A DNA stretch of 64,000 nt from Clostridia bacterium (GTDB lineage: Bacteria > Bacillota > Clostridia > Christensenellales > Aristaeellaceae), in the NCBI GenBank assembly GCA_036645955.1, contig JAVXND010000002.1, positions 36,845 through 100,844 of the forward strand, read 5' to 3'. Positions 18,753 through 27,879 of this stretch are shown piece after piece. The notes beneath the pieces are model-generated. The model saw only the letters and a list, made by a program, of their open reading frames with translations. It was not told the origin of the DNA and made no database searches. The first letter of the stretch is position 1; the number at the start of each line of letters is the position of its first letter. The translations under genes were made by a program, and so were the position numbers.

Positions 18753-19261
18753 GTACAAAGCGCATCATTGCTTGCTCTGATTCCCATGGGTTTGAAAGCC
18801 GCCTACGTTCGGCATTGAACCTTGCACAGCAGAGAGGAAAAATAGATACGTTTGTTTTTTTAGGTGATGGCATTTCTGATTTTGAAGCGATCAAGCTTGA
18901 TGCACAAATGCAAAACCCCAATATACAGATGCTTGCGGTGCGCGGCAATTGCGACCTTAGCTTTTCGGTGCCAAATTCGCAGCTACTGACCGTGAACGGC
19001 GTAACCATTTACGCCTGCCATGGCCATGAATGGCATGTAAAATATGAGCTGAACACGCTTTGCTATGCCGCGCGGGAGCAAGGCGCACAGGTTGTGCTCT
19101 ATGGGCATACGCATGTGAGCCATTTGGATATGCAAAATGGGCTTTATATGATTAATCCAGGCACAGTTTGCAATTTTGCAGCGGATGCGGTAGCCTATGC
19201 GGATATTCGCGTGGATGACAGCGGTGTGATCAAAGCGGATTTGATTCGCTGGGATTCCTGA
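18749..19261 (+). CDS. YfcE/MJ0936-family metallophosphoesterase (YsnB-like)
   Basis: CSDSHG, GDG, RGNCD, GHTH and NPGT motifs. There is a 4-nt ATGA overlap with the upstream gene. Confidence 0.85.
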   Translation: MSTKRIIACSDSHGFESRLRSALNLAQQRGKIDTFVFLGDGISDFEAIKLDAQMQNPNIQMLAVRGNCDLSFSVPNSQLLTVNGVTIYACHGHEWHVKYELNTLCYAAREQGAQVVLYGHTHVSHLDMQNGLYMINPGTVCNFAADAVAYADIRVDDSGVIKADLIRWDS

Positions 19262-19298
19262 ATTTTCGAAAATAATGCCGTAATATTTCTGAAACCCA

Positions 19299-19327
19299 TT
19301 GACACCTTAACAGAAAAGTGATATTCT
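19299..19327 (+). promoter_or_regulatory. Sigma-A-type promoter of the iscR-nifS-nifU operon
   Basis: TTGACA (19299-19304), a 17-nt spacer, then TATTCT (19322-19327) with an extended TG at 19319-19320. Confidence 0.6.
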
Positions 19328-19368
19328 TCATTCGATACCCGATGAAAACACTCGGGTATCGAATGAAG
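19326..19368. promoter_or_regulatory. Perfect 17-bp inverted repeat (candidate Rrf2 operator or leader hairpin)
   Basis: CTTCATTCGATACCCGA - tgaaaacac - TCGGGTATCGAATGAAG. The left arm overlaps the -10 element. The right arm ends inside the GAAGGGAG RBS, 10 nt before the iscR ATG. Confidence 0.7.
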
Positions 19369-19377
19369 GGAGCCTGC

Positions 19378-19824
19378 ATGAAGCTATCAACACGCGGTAA
19401 ATATGGGCTTTACGCCATGTTCGATCTTGCCAAGCACGCAGGGGAAGGGCCTCGCGCATTGCAAAGCATTGCCGCAACGGGCGTTCCAAAGCAATATTTG
19501 GAACAACTTTTGGGCAACCTGCGCCGTGCGGGTTTGGTGAGCACTGTGCGCGGTGCACAAGGCGGGTACCTCATTACCAGACCCACGAATGAAATTTCTC
19601 TGCTCAACATTATCGATGCGGTAGAAGGCCCCATTGAACTGAGCGAATGTACCTCCGACGAGCATACCTGCGAGCGCTCATGCGGCTGTCCCGTTCGTTG
19701 GGTGTGGCAGCAGGTAACCGATTCCATCAATGCCGAGCTTGACAAAATCAAGCTCTCCGATATGCTGATTCAACCATGCGAAAGCGAGGAAAGGACCCAT
19801 GAAAAAGATCATTTACATGGATAA
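19378..19824 (+). CDS. Rrf2-family transcriptional regulator (IscR/CymR-like)
   Basis: [18 protein letters not shown]... (Rrf2 wHTH) and a C-terminal Cys cluster CERSCGC. Start moved to ATG 19378, giving 148 aa. Confidence 0.9.
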   Translation: MKLSTRGKYGLYAMFDLAKHAGEGPRALQSIAATGVPKQYLEQLLGNLRRAGLVSTVRGAQGGYLITRPTNEISLLNIIDAVEGPIELSECTSDEHTCERSCGCPVRWVWQQVTDSINAELDKIKLSDMLIQPCESEERTHEKDHLHG

Positions 19825-20968
19825 TGCGGCCACAACCGCTGTACGCCCCGAGGTGCTTGAAACCATGATGCCATATTTTACACAGTATTATGGCAACCCA
19901 AGCTCTATACACAGCGTAGGGCGGGATGCACGCCGAGCAGTGGAAAATGCACGTCGGCAAGTGGCTTTGGCCATTGGTGCGGATGCACGCGAAATTTACT
20001 TTACCGCAGGCGGCAGTGAAAGCGATAACTGGGCCATTCGCTGTGCTACCGCCGCCCTTGCAAACAAGGGCAAGCATATTATCACCAGCGCCGTTGAGCA
20101 CCATGCGGTTTTACATACCTGTGCGATGCTTGAAAAGCAAGGCTATCGCATAACCTATCTGCCTGTAGATGGGGAGGGGCTTGTTAAGCCGCAGGATGTT
20201 CGAAACGCCCTTTGCGATGATACCGTACTCATTACCATCATGGCGGCGAACAATGAAATTGGTACCCTACAGCCCATTGCTGAAATTGGCAAAATTGCCA
20301 AGGCGGCGGGTATTCTTTTCCATACAGACGCAGTGCAGGCCGTGGGAGCGGTTCCCATTGATGTGAACGCTTTGCAGGTGGACATGCTCAGCCTTTCTGG
20401 TCATAAGTTTCATGCACCAAAGGGCGTTGGAGCACTATACATCCGCAAGGGCGTAAAAATCAAAAATTTGATTTACGGAGGCGCGCAGGAACGCGGCCTT
20501 CGCGCAGGCACAGAAAATGTTCCCGGAATTGTGGGACTGGGCAAAGCAATTGAGCTTGCCGTTTCAGAATTGCCTGAATATACACAGAAAATGACGCATC
20601 TGCGGGATCGCTTGATTGATGGTATATTGGCTGAAATCCCCAATGTACGCCTCAACGGGCACCGTACCCTTCGTTTGCCTGCCAATGTGAATGTATCGGT
20701 GCGCTATGTGGAGGGCGAAGCATTGCTGATGCGCCTTGATTTGGCTGGCATAGAAGGCTCCAGCGGTTCGGCTTGCACCAGCGGGAGCTTGGACCCGTCT
20801 CATGTGCTGTTGGCCATTGGTCTGCCTCACGAAATAGCCCATGGCAGTTTAAGGCTATCCCTTGGCACCGAAAACACGGATGAGGATGTGGACAAGGTGC
20901 TTGCGGAGCTGCCCAAAATTGTTGAAAACCTACGCGCAATGAGCCCGCTCAACCCTGTGAATGCCTAA
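19799..20968 (+). CDS. nifS: Cysteine desulfurase (NifS/IscS type)
   Basis: YMDNAATT, the [10 protein letters not shown] pyridoxal-lysine region, and the active-site loop SSGSACTSG. Confidence 0.92.
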   Translation: MKKIIYMDNAATTAVRPEVLETMMPYFTQYYGNPSSIHSVGRDARRAVENARRQVALAIGADAREIYFTAGGSESDNWAIRCATAALANKGKHIITSAVEHHAVLHTCAMLEKQGYRITYLPVDGEGLVKPQDVRNALCDDTVLITIMAANNEIGTLQPIAEIGKIAKAAGILFHTDAVQAVGAVPIDVNALQVDMLSLSGHKFHAPKGVGALYIRKGVKIKNLIYGGAQERGLRAGTENVPGIVGLGKAIELAVSELPEYTQKMTHLRDRLIDGILAEIPNVRLNGHRTLRLPANVNVSVRYVEGEALLMRLDLAGIEGSSGSACTSGSLDPSHVLLAIGLPHEIAHGSLRLSLGTENTDEDVDKVLAELPKIVENLRAMSPLNPVNA

Positions 20969-21005
20969 ATAACAAAACAGCCGCTTTTAAGGAGGATAAC
21001 ATTTT

Positions 21006-21386
21006 ATGTACAGCGAAAAAGTAATGGAACACTTTGAACATCCCCGCAATGTGGGCGAAATTCCAAATGCATCGGGTACAGGCACGGTTGGCAATGCCAA
21101 GTGCGGCGATATTATGAAAATGGATATCAAGGTGGAGAATAACATCATTACGGATGTGAAGTTTAAGACCTTCGGTTGCTGTGCCGCTATTGCCACCAGC
21201 AGCATGGCTACTGAAATGGTTATGGGGAAAAGCGTTGACGAAGCGCTTGAGCTTACCAACAAAGCCGTTGCGGAAGCGCTGGATGGTCTGCCCCCTGTTA
21301 AAATGCACTGCTCATTGCTTGCCGAGGAGGCAATCCATGCGGCAGTGGAGGATTATCAAAAAAAGCATGCCTCAGGGAATGCTTGA
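21006..21386 (+). CDS. nifU: Fe-S cluster assembly scaffold (NifU N-terminal/IscU type)
   Basis: GNAKCGD, FKTFGCCAAIA and MHCS motifs; strong RBS AAGGAGG. Confidence 0.92.
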   Translation: MYSEKVMEHFEHPRNVGEIPNASGTGTVGNAKCGDIMKMDIKVENNIITDVKFKTFGCCAAIATSSMATEMVMGKSVDEALELTNKAVAEALDGLPPVKMHCSLLAEEAIHAAVEDYQKKHASGNA

Positions 21387-23191
21387 AAGGAAGGCCTATG
21401 CCCGATATTCATGGCAATATAGAAGGAATTCGCAAAAGTGTACTGGAGGAACTGAGTGCCATTTATGATATTCAGCTCCAGTCCGATGATTTTATGCCGC
21501 AAGACTTAATGATAAGCCTTTGCGGCTATTCTGCGTCCCTGAATCGTGAAATTGCACTGTATATTACACGCTTTGGTGAAATTGCAGATGTGATGGTGGG
21601 GCGTTCGGACAGCATTGAGCTGCCCGACCTGCGCTCGCGCAGAAGCGAGCGAAAGCTAAGCAGAATGCGCTGTGTACATACCCATCCCAATGGCTCTGGC
21701 GAGCTAAGCGATGTGGATGTGAGCGCGCTTCTCAACATGCGTTTTGACGCGATGTGCGCCATAGGCGTAGCCAAGGATGGACACCCTACCAGCGTGCAGT
21801 GCGCCTTTTTGGATACTGCGCACGATGGACTTGTGTGCAAAACAGAGCTGTTAAACGCTCGCAAATTACCGCAAGAGGCTTGGCTTCGTGAAATAGAGGA
21901 GACAGAAAGCTATTTTTTAACAGCTGAACCCACAACGGAGCATGCCATAGAGCGTGCTGTTTTGGTTGGCATTGAAAGCGAAGAAGCGCTGTCGGAGCTT
22001 CGTGAACTGGCAAAAACGGCCGGAGCGGAAACCGTCCTTACCTTGTTTCAAAAGCGCTCCAAGCCCGACACTGTTTTTTGCATCGGAAAAGGCAAGGCGG
22101 AAGAATTATCACTGCGCTGTCAGGCGGTGCAAGCTGATCTTGTGATTTTTGATGAAGAGCTTTCGGGGGTGATGCAAAAGAACCTGGAAGAAGTGCTTCG
22201 CGTAAAGGTGATTGACCGCACAGCATTGATTCTGGACATTTTTGCATCGCGTGCCAGCACGCGGGAGGGCAAGCTGCAGGTTGAAATTGCGCAGCTTCGT
22301 TACCGAAGCCAGCGTTTGCTTGGGCAAGGCTTGGTGCTGAGCAGGCTTGCGGGCGGCATTGGCACGCGCGGCCCCGGTGAGAGCAAGCTGGAGGTAAACC
22401 GCCGCCGCATTCGTGAACGTTTAACCGATTTAAGCCGTGAGCTTGAACAGATCGAGAAGCAAAGAAGCCTGCGCAGACAGAACCGTGAGCGCAACAATGT
22501 GCCCATTGTGGCGCTGGTTGGATACACAAACGCAGGAAAATCAACTTTATTCAACCTTTTGACGGGCGCAAACGTCTATGTAATGGATCAGCTTTTTGCA
22601 ACGCTGGATAGTGTGAGCCGTCCTGCTGTTTTGCCTCATGGGAATAAGGTGCTGATGGTGGATACCGTTGGCTTTATTCGCAAATTGCCCCATGAGCTGG
22701 TGAAAGCGTTTCGGGCGACACTTGAAGAGGCAAAATTAGCCGATGTGTTGGTCGTGCTATGCGATGGTGCGGATGCGGAGCTTGCATCACGCCATCAAAC
22801 AGTGCTGGAGGTGCTGGACAGCCTTGGCGCCACAGAAGCCCCTCGAGTGGATGTACTCAACAAATGCGATTTGTTTGCGGAAAATGCTGATTTACTGCCT
22901 GGCGCGGTGCGCGTGAGCGCAAAAACGGGCGAAGGCATAGAAGCCTTGCTTACCCGCATTGAAAGCGAGCTGGATGCAGGAACGCAGGAAATCAAGCTGT
23001 TTATACCCTTTGAGCATTATGCGCTTGTGAGCAAGCTGCACGATATGGGCGGTGTGCTTTCTCAGGAGCATGGGGAAAAAGGCGTAACACTTGTGATGCT
23101 TACAAAGCAAGCAATTGTAAATTATGCGTGTCAAGAAGGCGCAACCTTGCTTGACGGCGAAAAAGCGGTTGCTAAAGTATTACAAAAATGA
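21383..23191 (+). CDS. hflX: GTPase HflX with ~170-aa N-terminal JAB/MPN(JAMM-motif) extension
   Basis: - C-terminal 430 aa are HflX-like: GKLQVEIAQL, GPGESKLE, G1 GYTNAGKST, DTVGFI, NKCD.
- The N-terminus contains HTHPNGSGELSDVD, which equals H-x-H-x7-S-x2-D.
- Start is either TTG 21383 (overlapping the nifU stop) or ATG 21398. Confidence 0.85.
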   Translation: MKGRPMPDIHGNIEGIRKSVLEELSAIYDIQLQSDDFMPQDLMISLCGYSASLNREIALYITRFGEIADVMVGRSDSIELPDLRSRRSERKLSRMRCVHTHPNGSGELSDVDVSALLNMRFDAMCAIGVAKDGHPTSVQCAFLDTAHDGLVCKTELLNARKLPQEAWLREIEETESYFLTAEPTTEHAIERAVLVGIESEEALSELRELAKTAGAETVLTLFQKRSKPDTVFCIGKGKAEELSLRCQAVQADLVIFDEELSGVMQKNLEEVLRVKVIDRTALILDIFASRASTREGKLQVEIAQLRYRSQRLLGQGLVLSRLAGGIGTRGPGESKLEVNRRRIRERLTDLSRELEQIEKQRSLRRQNRERNNVPIVALVGYTNAGKSTLFNLLTGANVYVMDQLFATLDSVSRPAVLPHGNKVLMVDTVGFIRKLPHELVKAFRATLEEAKLADVLVVLCDGADAELASRHQTVLEVLDSLGATEAPRVDVLNKCDLFAENADLLPGAVRVSAKTGEGIEALLTRIESELDAGTQEIKLFIPFEHYALVSKLHDMGGVLSQEHGEKGVTLVMLTKQAIVNYACQEGATLLDGEKAVAKVLQK

Positions 23192-23219
23192 TACAATAAC
23201 CAAAAGGTCGTGATGTAGC

Positions 23220-23909
23220 TTGTTGCTTGAAAAGGTGGTTTCTCTTGTGGCGATATCCGTGACCCTGCTAGGTGGCAGTATGAACGCGAGCATGCCGGAT
23301 AAAAACATGGAGGGCACAGCGTTTTTGGTCAACCGCCAGCATGTTATCAGCGGTGACTATGTGCCCCAAGTGCGTAAAACGGAGCTGTATGGTATGTCGC
23401 AAAGAATGCGCGGCGATGCGGCTACCGCGCTTGAAGAGCTGTTTGCAGCAGCAAAAAGCGAAGCGGGTTTTTCGCTTGCTACGGTGTCTGGTTACCGCAG
23501 TTATTCAAAACAGGCTACCATCTACGCCAGAAAAAAAGCCAACACAGGCAGTGCGGAAAAAGCGGACCGTTTGGTTGCTTTGCCGGGCACAAGCGAGCAT
23601 CAGCTTGGCATGGCAATGGATATTGCCAAAAAAGGCAGCTCGCAATTAAACGGCGGCTTTGGAAAAACACAAGAAGGTCAATGGGTGAACGCAAACGCAC
23701 ATAGATTTGGCTTCATTGTGCGCTATCAGCTAGGCAGTGAGGAAATTACAGGCTATAATTATGAACCGTGGCATATTCGTTATGTTGGAAAAGAACATGC
23801 CAAAGCCATTTTTGAGTCTGGTGTGCCCATGGAAATCTACATGTCTGCACACAAGCTGAATGTATATGACTTTTTGATCCATCAAGCGACGAATGAGGTG
23901 CTCCCATGA
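23220..23909 (+). CDS. VanY/M15B-family D-alanyl-D-alanine carboxypeptidase (paralog 1)
   Basis: SGYRSY, PGTSEHQLGMAMD (SxHxxGxAxD) and EPWHIRYVG (ExxH). The start is uncertain: TTG 23220 or GTG 23247. Confidence 0.85.
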   Translation: MLLEKVVSLVAISVTLLGGSMNASMPDKNMEGTAFLVNRQHVISGDYVPQVRKTELYGMSQRMRGDAATALEELFAAAKSEAGFSLATVSGYRSYSKQATIYARKKANTGSAEKADRLVALPGTSEHQLGMAMDIAKKGSSQLNGGFGKTQEGQWVNANAHRFGFIVRYQLGSEEITGYNYEPWHIRYVGKEHAKAIFESGVPMEIYMSAHKLNVYDFLIHQATNEVLP

Positions 23910-24832
23910 AAAAGCTGATTTGTGGAATGCTTATGATAATGCTGTGCCTGTATGGCTTTTCGGCCATGGCTGAAACGGTTCCTGACATAGAAACACAGAA
24001 GAGCACAAGCGATGTACGATGGTCTTACCCTATTTCCCTGACGACTTTACGCTCGCCGTATCTGCTGCTTGTGAACAAAGAAATGCCGCTTGATAAAACC
24101 CATGTTCCCGAACCGCTTGTGAAGGTAAAGAGTGTAAAGCGTGCCACCTCTGCTGATGTATACTTGGAAGAAAAAACAGCACAGGCGCTTGAAAGCATGT
24201 TTGAAGCCGCAAAGCTGGTAAGAGAATACAACTATGTGAGCGTAAACAGCAAGGGCGAGGAATGTGAAATGGTTGCCGAATACGGCGATAAAGGCATGGT
24301 GCTGTTTTTAAAGAGCGGCTACCGCAGCTACGGCACACAAAAAACTACGTACACCAACCGTTTGGCAAGCAACAACAATGTAGACAACGGTTTTGTGGCC
24401 AAGCCCGGGGAGAGCGAGCACCAAACGGGCTACTGCGCAGATATTTTAAATGCAGATTATGCCACTCGTCCACGCATGACACAGGATTTTAAATGGACAC
24501 CCGAAGCACAATGGATGAAAGAGCATTGCGCAGAATTTGGGTTTATTCTGCGTTTTCTGGAAGACAAAGAAGAAGAAACGGGCATTCATTTTGAACCGTG
24601 GCATTTTCGCTATGTAGGCAAGGAAGCCGCTGGATACATCATGCAAAAAGGCATGGTGTTAGAAGAATTTACAGATGAATGGCAATTTGCATCTGCTGAA
24701 TTTGTTGGCGGCGGCGGCGATGCGGAAGCACAGCTTGCCTATGAACTAGAGCGGCTCAACGCGCCGCCCGAGAGCGTTATTTTGGATGAACATGGCGAGG
24801 ATGGCGACGCGGAGGTTTCACTGGTGTTTTAG
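23906..24832 (+). CDS. VanY/M15B-family D,D-carboxypeptidase (paralog 2), secreted
   Basis: Signal peptide, then SGYRSY, PGESEHQTGYCAD and EPWHFRYVG. There is a 4-nt overlap with paralog 1. Confidence 0.85.
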   Translation: MKKLICGMLMIMLCLYGFSAMAETVPDIETQKSTSDVRWSYPISLTTLRSPYLLLVNKEMPLDKTHVPEPLVKVKSVKRATSADVYLEEKTAQALESMFEAAKLVREYNYVSVNSKGEECEMVAEYGDKGMVLFLKSGYRSYGTQKTTYTNRLASNNNVDNGFVAKPGESEHQTGYCADILNADYATRPRMTQDFKWTPEAQWMKEHCAEFGFILRFLEDKEEETGIHFEPWHFRYVGKEAAGYIMQKGMVLEEFTDEWQFASAEFVGGGGDAEAQLAYELERLNAPPESVILDEHGEDGDAEVSLVF

Positions 24833-24855
24833 TAACCAAACTATGTGCGGGGTGC

Positions 24856-24884
24856 TTTACATTTGCATTTGAAAAAGGTACAAT
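24856..24884 (+). promoter_or_regulatory. Sigma-A-type promoter upstream of parA
   Basis: TTTACA, a 17-nt spacer, then TACAAT. Confidence 0.55.
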
Positions 24885-24931
24885 GTTCATGGCATAATTG
24901 CCGTACAAATGGAAGATGATGAGGGCTGAAG

Positions 24932-25690
24932 ATGGGCAAGACGATCGCCATTACCAATCAAAAGGGCGGTGTGGGAAAAACCACCACTGCCATTAACTTA
25001 ACGGCGTGCCTTGCTGAAGCGGGTCAACGCGTATTGTTGATTGATTTAGATCCGCAGGGCAACAGCACAAGCGGCCTTGGCATGCGCGCGGGAGCAAACT
25101 CAATTTATGAAGCAATTATGGGGCGCACGGCTGTAGAAAGCTGCGTACAGCAGACCTGCGTGGATGCATTAAGCATCATAACCGCAGATATCCGCTTAGC
25201 AGGCGCTGAACTTGAGCTTGTGGAGTTGGAAGAGCGCGAGTTTCGTCTAAAGCATGTGCTGAAAGCCATTGAAAGCAAATTTGACTACCTTTTTATTGAT
25301 TGTCCTCCTTCGCTGGGCTTGCTTACACTCAACGCGCTTACAGCCGCCCAACGCGTTTTTATCCCCATACAGTGTGAGTATTATGCGCTTGAAGGCGTTA
25401 CAAGCCTCATGAACACCATTAACCGCGTCAAGCACACCTTTAATCCCGGGCTAGACATTGAAGGCGTTTTGCTCACCATGCTGGATGGGCGAACCAACTT
25501 GAGCCTGCAAGTGGTGGATTCTGTGAAAAAGCACTTTAAGAACAAGGTTTTTGCTACTGCCATTCCCAGAAATGTTCGCTTGGGTGAAGCACCCAGCCAT
25601 GGGGTGCCTATTCACCTGTATGACCCAAAGAGCCTTGGTGCGGAAAGCTACCGTCAATTGGCGCAAGAGTTTATGAAACGCAACAAATAA
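24932..25690 (+). CDS. parA: ParA/Soj chromosome-partitioning ATPase
   Basis: Deviant Walker A NQKGGVGKTT; DLDPQGN; IDCPPSLG. Confidence 0.92.
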   Translation: MGKTIAITNQKGGVGKTTTAINLTACLAEAGQRVLLIDLDPQGNSTSGLGMRAGANSIYEAIMGRTAVESCVQQTCVDALSIITADIRLAGAELELVELEEREFRLKHVLKAIESKFDYLFIDCPPSLGLLTLNALTAAQRVFIPIQCEYYALEGVTSLMNTINRVKHTFNPGLDIEGVLLTMLDGRTNLSLQVVDSVKKHFKNKVFATAIPRNVRLGEAPSHGVPIHLYDPKSLGAESYRQLAQEFMKRNK

Positions 25691-25722
25691 GGCAGTCAGT
25701 AAAAATGAAGGAGCTATGAAAG

Positions 25723-26574
25723 ATGAAGCGCGGCGGATTGGGTAGGGGCTTGGATGTGCTACTGCCTCAAAGTGACGAACTTTTGGAAACAGTGGTGCGC
25801 GATATTGCAATTGACGATATCGATCCCAACACTGCTCAACCCAGACGAGAATTTGATAAAGAAGCGTTGGAACAGCTGGCGCAGAGCATTCGTGAAGCGG
25901 GCGTGCTATCCCCTATTTTGGTGGTGGAAAATGGCATGCGTTACCGCATTGTTGCAGGTGAACGGCGTTATCGTGCTTGCCGCTTGGCGGGGATTGAAAA
26001 TGTTCCCTGCATTGTGCGCAACCTAACAAACGAGCAGCAAATGGAAGCGGCGCTGATTGAAAACCTTCAGCGTGAAGATTTAAACGCCATTGAGGAAGCC
26101 AACGCCATTCGCAGTTTGATGCAGGAATGCGGCTATACCCAAGAGCAAGCGGCTCAGAAGCTGGGCAAGAGCCGCTCTGCCATTGCCAATATGCTTCGCT
26201 TGCTGAACTTGCCTAAGTCCATTATTGATTTGGTTTCGGCGGGAGATTTGTCTGCTGGTCATGCGCGTGTGCTTGCAGGGTTGGAAAGCGAGGAGCGCCA
26301 AAAAGAATTGGCGCATCAATGCGTATTACATGACTACAGTGTGCGCAAACTGGAAGAGTTAGCCAAGCAAAGCGCAGTGCCTGAACCTAAAAAAGCACCT
26401 GCGCCCACACCTATAGCGCCTGAGCTTGGAGCACTTCAAAACGCTATGAGAGAAGCGCTTGGCCTAAAGACCCTATTGGTTGGGACTGAAAAGAAGGGCA
26501 AGATTACGCTAAGCTATCATAGCGCGGCGGAATTGGAACACCTCTACGAGGTTATCGGGCGCTTGCTAGTTTAA
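25723..26574 (+). CDS. parB: ParB/Spo0J partition protein
   Basis: ParB box GERRYRACRLAG, the HTH region QEQAAQKLGKSRSAIANMLRLL, and N-terminal GLGRGLD. Confidence 0.92.
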   Translation: MKRGGLGRGLDVLLPQSDELLETVVRDIAIDDIDPNTAQPRREFDKEALEQLAQSIREAGVLSPILVVENGMRYRIVAGERRYRACRLAGIENVPCIVRNLTNEQQMEAALIENLQREDLNAIEEANAIRSLMQECGYTQEQAAQKLGKSRSAIANMLRLLNLPKSIIDLVSAGDLSAGHARVLAGLESEERQKELAHQCVLHDYSVRKLEELAKQSAVPEPKKAPAPTPIAPELGALQNAMREALGLKTLLVGTEKKGKITLSYHSAAELEHLYEVIGRLLV

Positions 26575-26612
26575 CTGCAAACCAAGCAAACACACAGAAA
26601 AGGGGGTATTGT

Positions 26613-27803
26613 ATGCGTATCAACTCCAATAAAAAGGTTCATCGTATGAAGCGAGATCCGTACAAGACACTACTTCGTGTATCGGGTATTTTGGCGATTA
26701 TCGTGGTGGTAGGAATCGGTGTTTTTTACCTGTGCTCCTTAGCGGTTACAAACGATTATGTCACTCGCCGCAACCAAATAGAAAAGCAAAATGCAGAGGC
26801 TGAGGTGGCGTTCAACACCAAAATGAATGAACTCCGCAACAACCAAAACGCGGCTGTGAACCCTGAAACGGGCGAGGTTACAGTGGCGGATTTGCCTGTT
26901 TGGGAAAAAACACTGGGCGGAAATACCTGGCGTATTGAGGATGAAGGGGTAGCAGGCCTTGAAAACACTGGCACCATCACGCTTGAACGCTCTTCTCTTA
27001 TTACGGGCGGCTTGCTGTTGGTCAATGCATGGCATGCACTGCCTTTCGATTTTTCCGATGCGGAGGTGGTGAGCGTAGGCTCTGCGAGCAGCTATAAAAT
27101 TCAGGTGCAGGACAGCAGTATCAAGCTTTTCCCCAATGCGTTCAAAGCCCTTTCGGAGTGCATAGACGCAGCGGAAGCCGCTGGCATTAAAAACACTTAC
27201 ATTCTGCGCGAAGCCTACCGCACCAACGAAGTGCAGTCAGAGTATTTTAACAACCGCATGGAAAAAGAGAGCAAAAAATACAGCGGCGATATTTTAATTG
27301 AACAGACCAAAAAGTTTGTCAATTATCCGGGAACCAGCGAGTACCAATCAGGCATGGCGTTCCGTTTGGATTTGTATACCAAAGAAAAGGTAGACTTGCC
27401 TAAATACTCCATATCTGAACAAGGAAAATGGTTTACTGAAAACTGCTGGAAATATGGCATCATTTTCCGCTTCCCAACCGAAAATTTTCCCAGTCCCGCA
27501 TGGGAGGATAAGAGCTATAAAACGGGGATTACCACCGCAATGAATCTATACCGCTATGTGGGCAAAGCGCATGCCGCCGCCATGAGCGTGCTGGATTATT
27601 GCCTGGAGGAATATGTTGAATTTCTGATTGACCATCCGCATATTTGCATCTATGAGGATGATGCGCTGAAATATGAAATTGTGCGCATTCGCATGACTGA
27701 GGACACCGCCAGCTTTTCACTGCCTGTGCCCAATCCAGCCAATGATTATCAGGCGAGCATGGACAACATGGGCGGCATCGTGATGGCGTATTCTTACAAC
27801 TAA
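26613..27803 (+). CDS. Membrane-anchored VanY/M15B-like protein lacking the zinc ligands (predicted pseudo-peptidase, paralog 3)
   Basis: N-terminal TM segment. The fold signature is retained (REAYRTN, PGTSEYQSGMAFR, YRYVGKAHA). At the positions aligned with paralogs 1 and 2, H becomes Y, D becomes R, E becomes A and H becomes L. Confidence 0.75.
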   Translation: MRINSNKKVHRMKRDPYKTLLRVSGILAIIVVVGIGVFYLCSLAVTNDYVTRRNQIEKQNAEAEVAFNTKMNELRNNQNAAVNPETGEVTVADLPVWEKTLGGNTWRIEDEGVAGLENTGTITLERSSLITGGLLLVNAWHALPFDFSDAEVVSVGSASSYKIQVQDSSIKLFPNAFKALSECIDAAEAAGIKNTYILREAYRTNEVQSEYFNNRMEKESKKYSGDILIEQTKKFVNYPGTSEYQSGMAFRLDLYTKEKVDLPKYSISEQGKWFTENCWKYGIIFRFPTENFPSPAWEDKSYKTGITTAMNLYRYVGKAHAAAMSVLDYCLEEYVEFLIDHPHICIYEDDALKYEIVRIRMTEDTASFSLPVPNPANDYQASMDNMGGIVMAYSYN

Positions 27804-27812
27804 ACAACGCAG

Positions 27813-27865
27813 CCCATCAAAACGAGGCACGCTTCCTTATGGAAAGCGTGCCTCGTTTTGATGGG
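27813..27865. terminator. Long bidirectional terminator hairpin
   Basis: CCCATCAAAACGAGGCACGCTTCC - ttat - GGAAAGCGTGCCTCGTTTTGATGGG: a ~24-bp stem with one bulge, A/T tracts inside the stem, located between convergent genes. Confidence 0.85.
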
Positions 27866-27879
27866 AGCGGCAATGAGGA

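Noticed and set aside
19318-19377. N-terminal extensions offered by the ORF track. These are 19318 for iscR, 30341 for asp23, 43614 for ilvE, 49317 for the second ABC gene, 36855 for nfeD, 40843 for nudC, 57065 for hydS, 63807 for nagB, 13591 for pfkA and 8411 for the glucan synthase.
   Set aside because: In each case an internal ATG is preceded by a well-spaced Shine-Dalgarno and matches the expected family N-terminus. The upstream extensions lack an RBS or overlap neighbouring genes.
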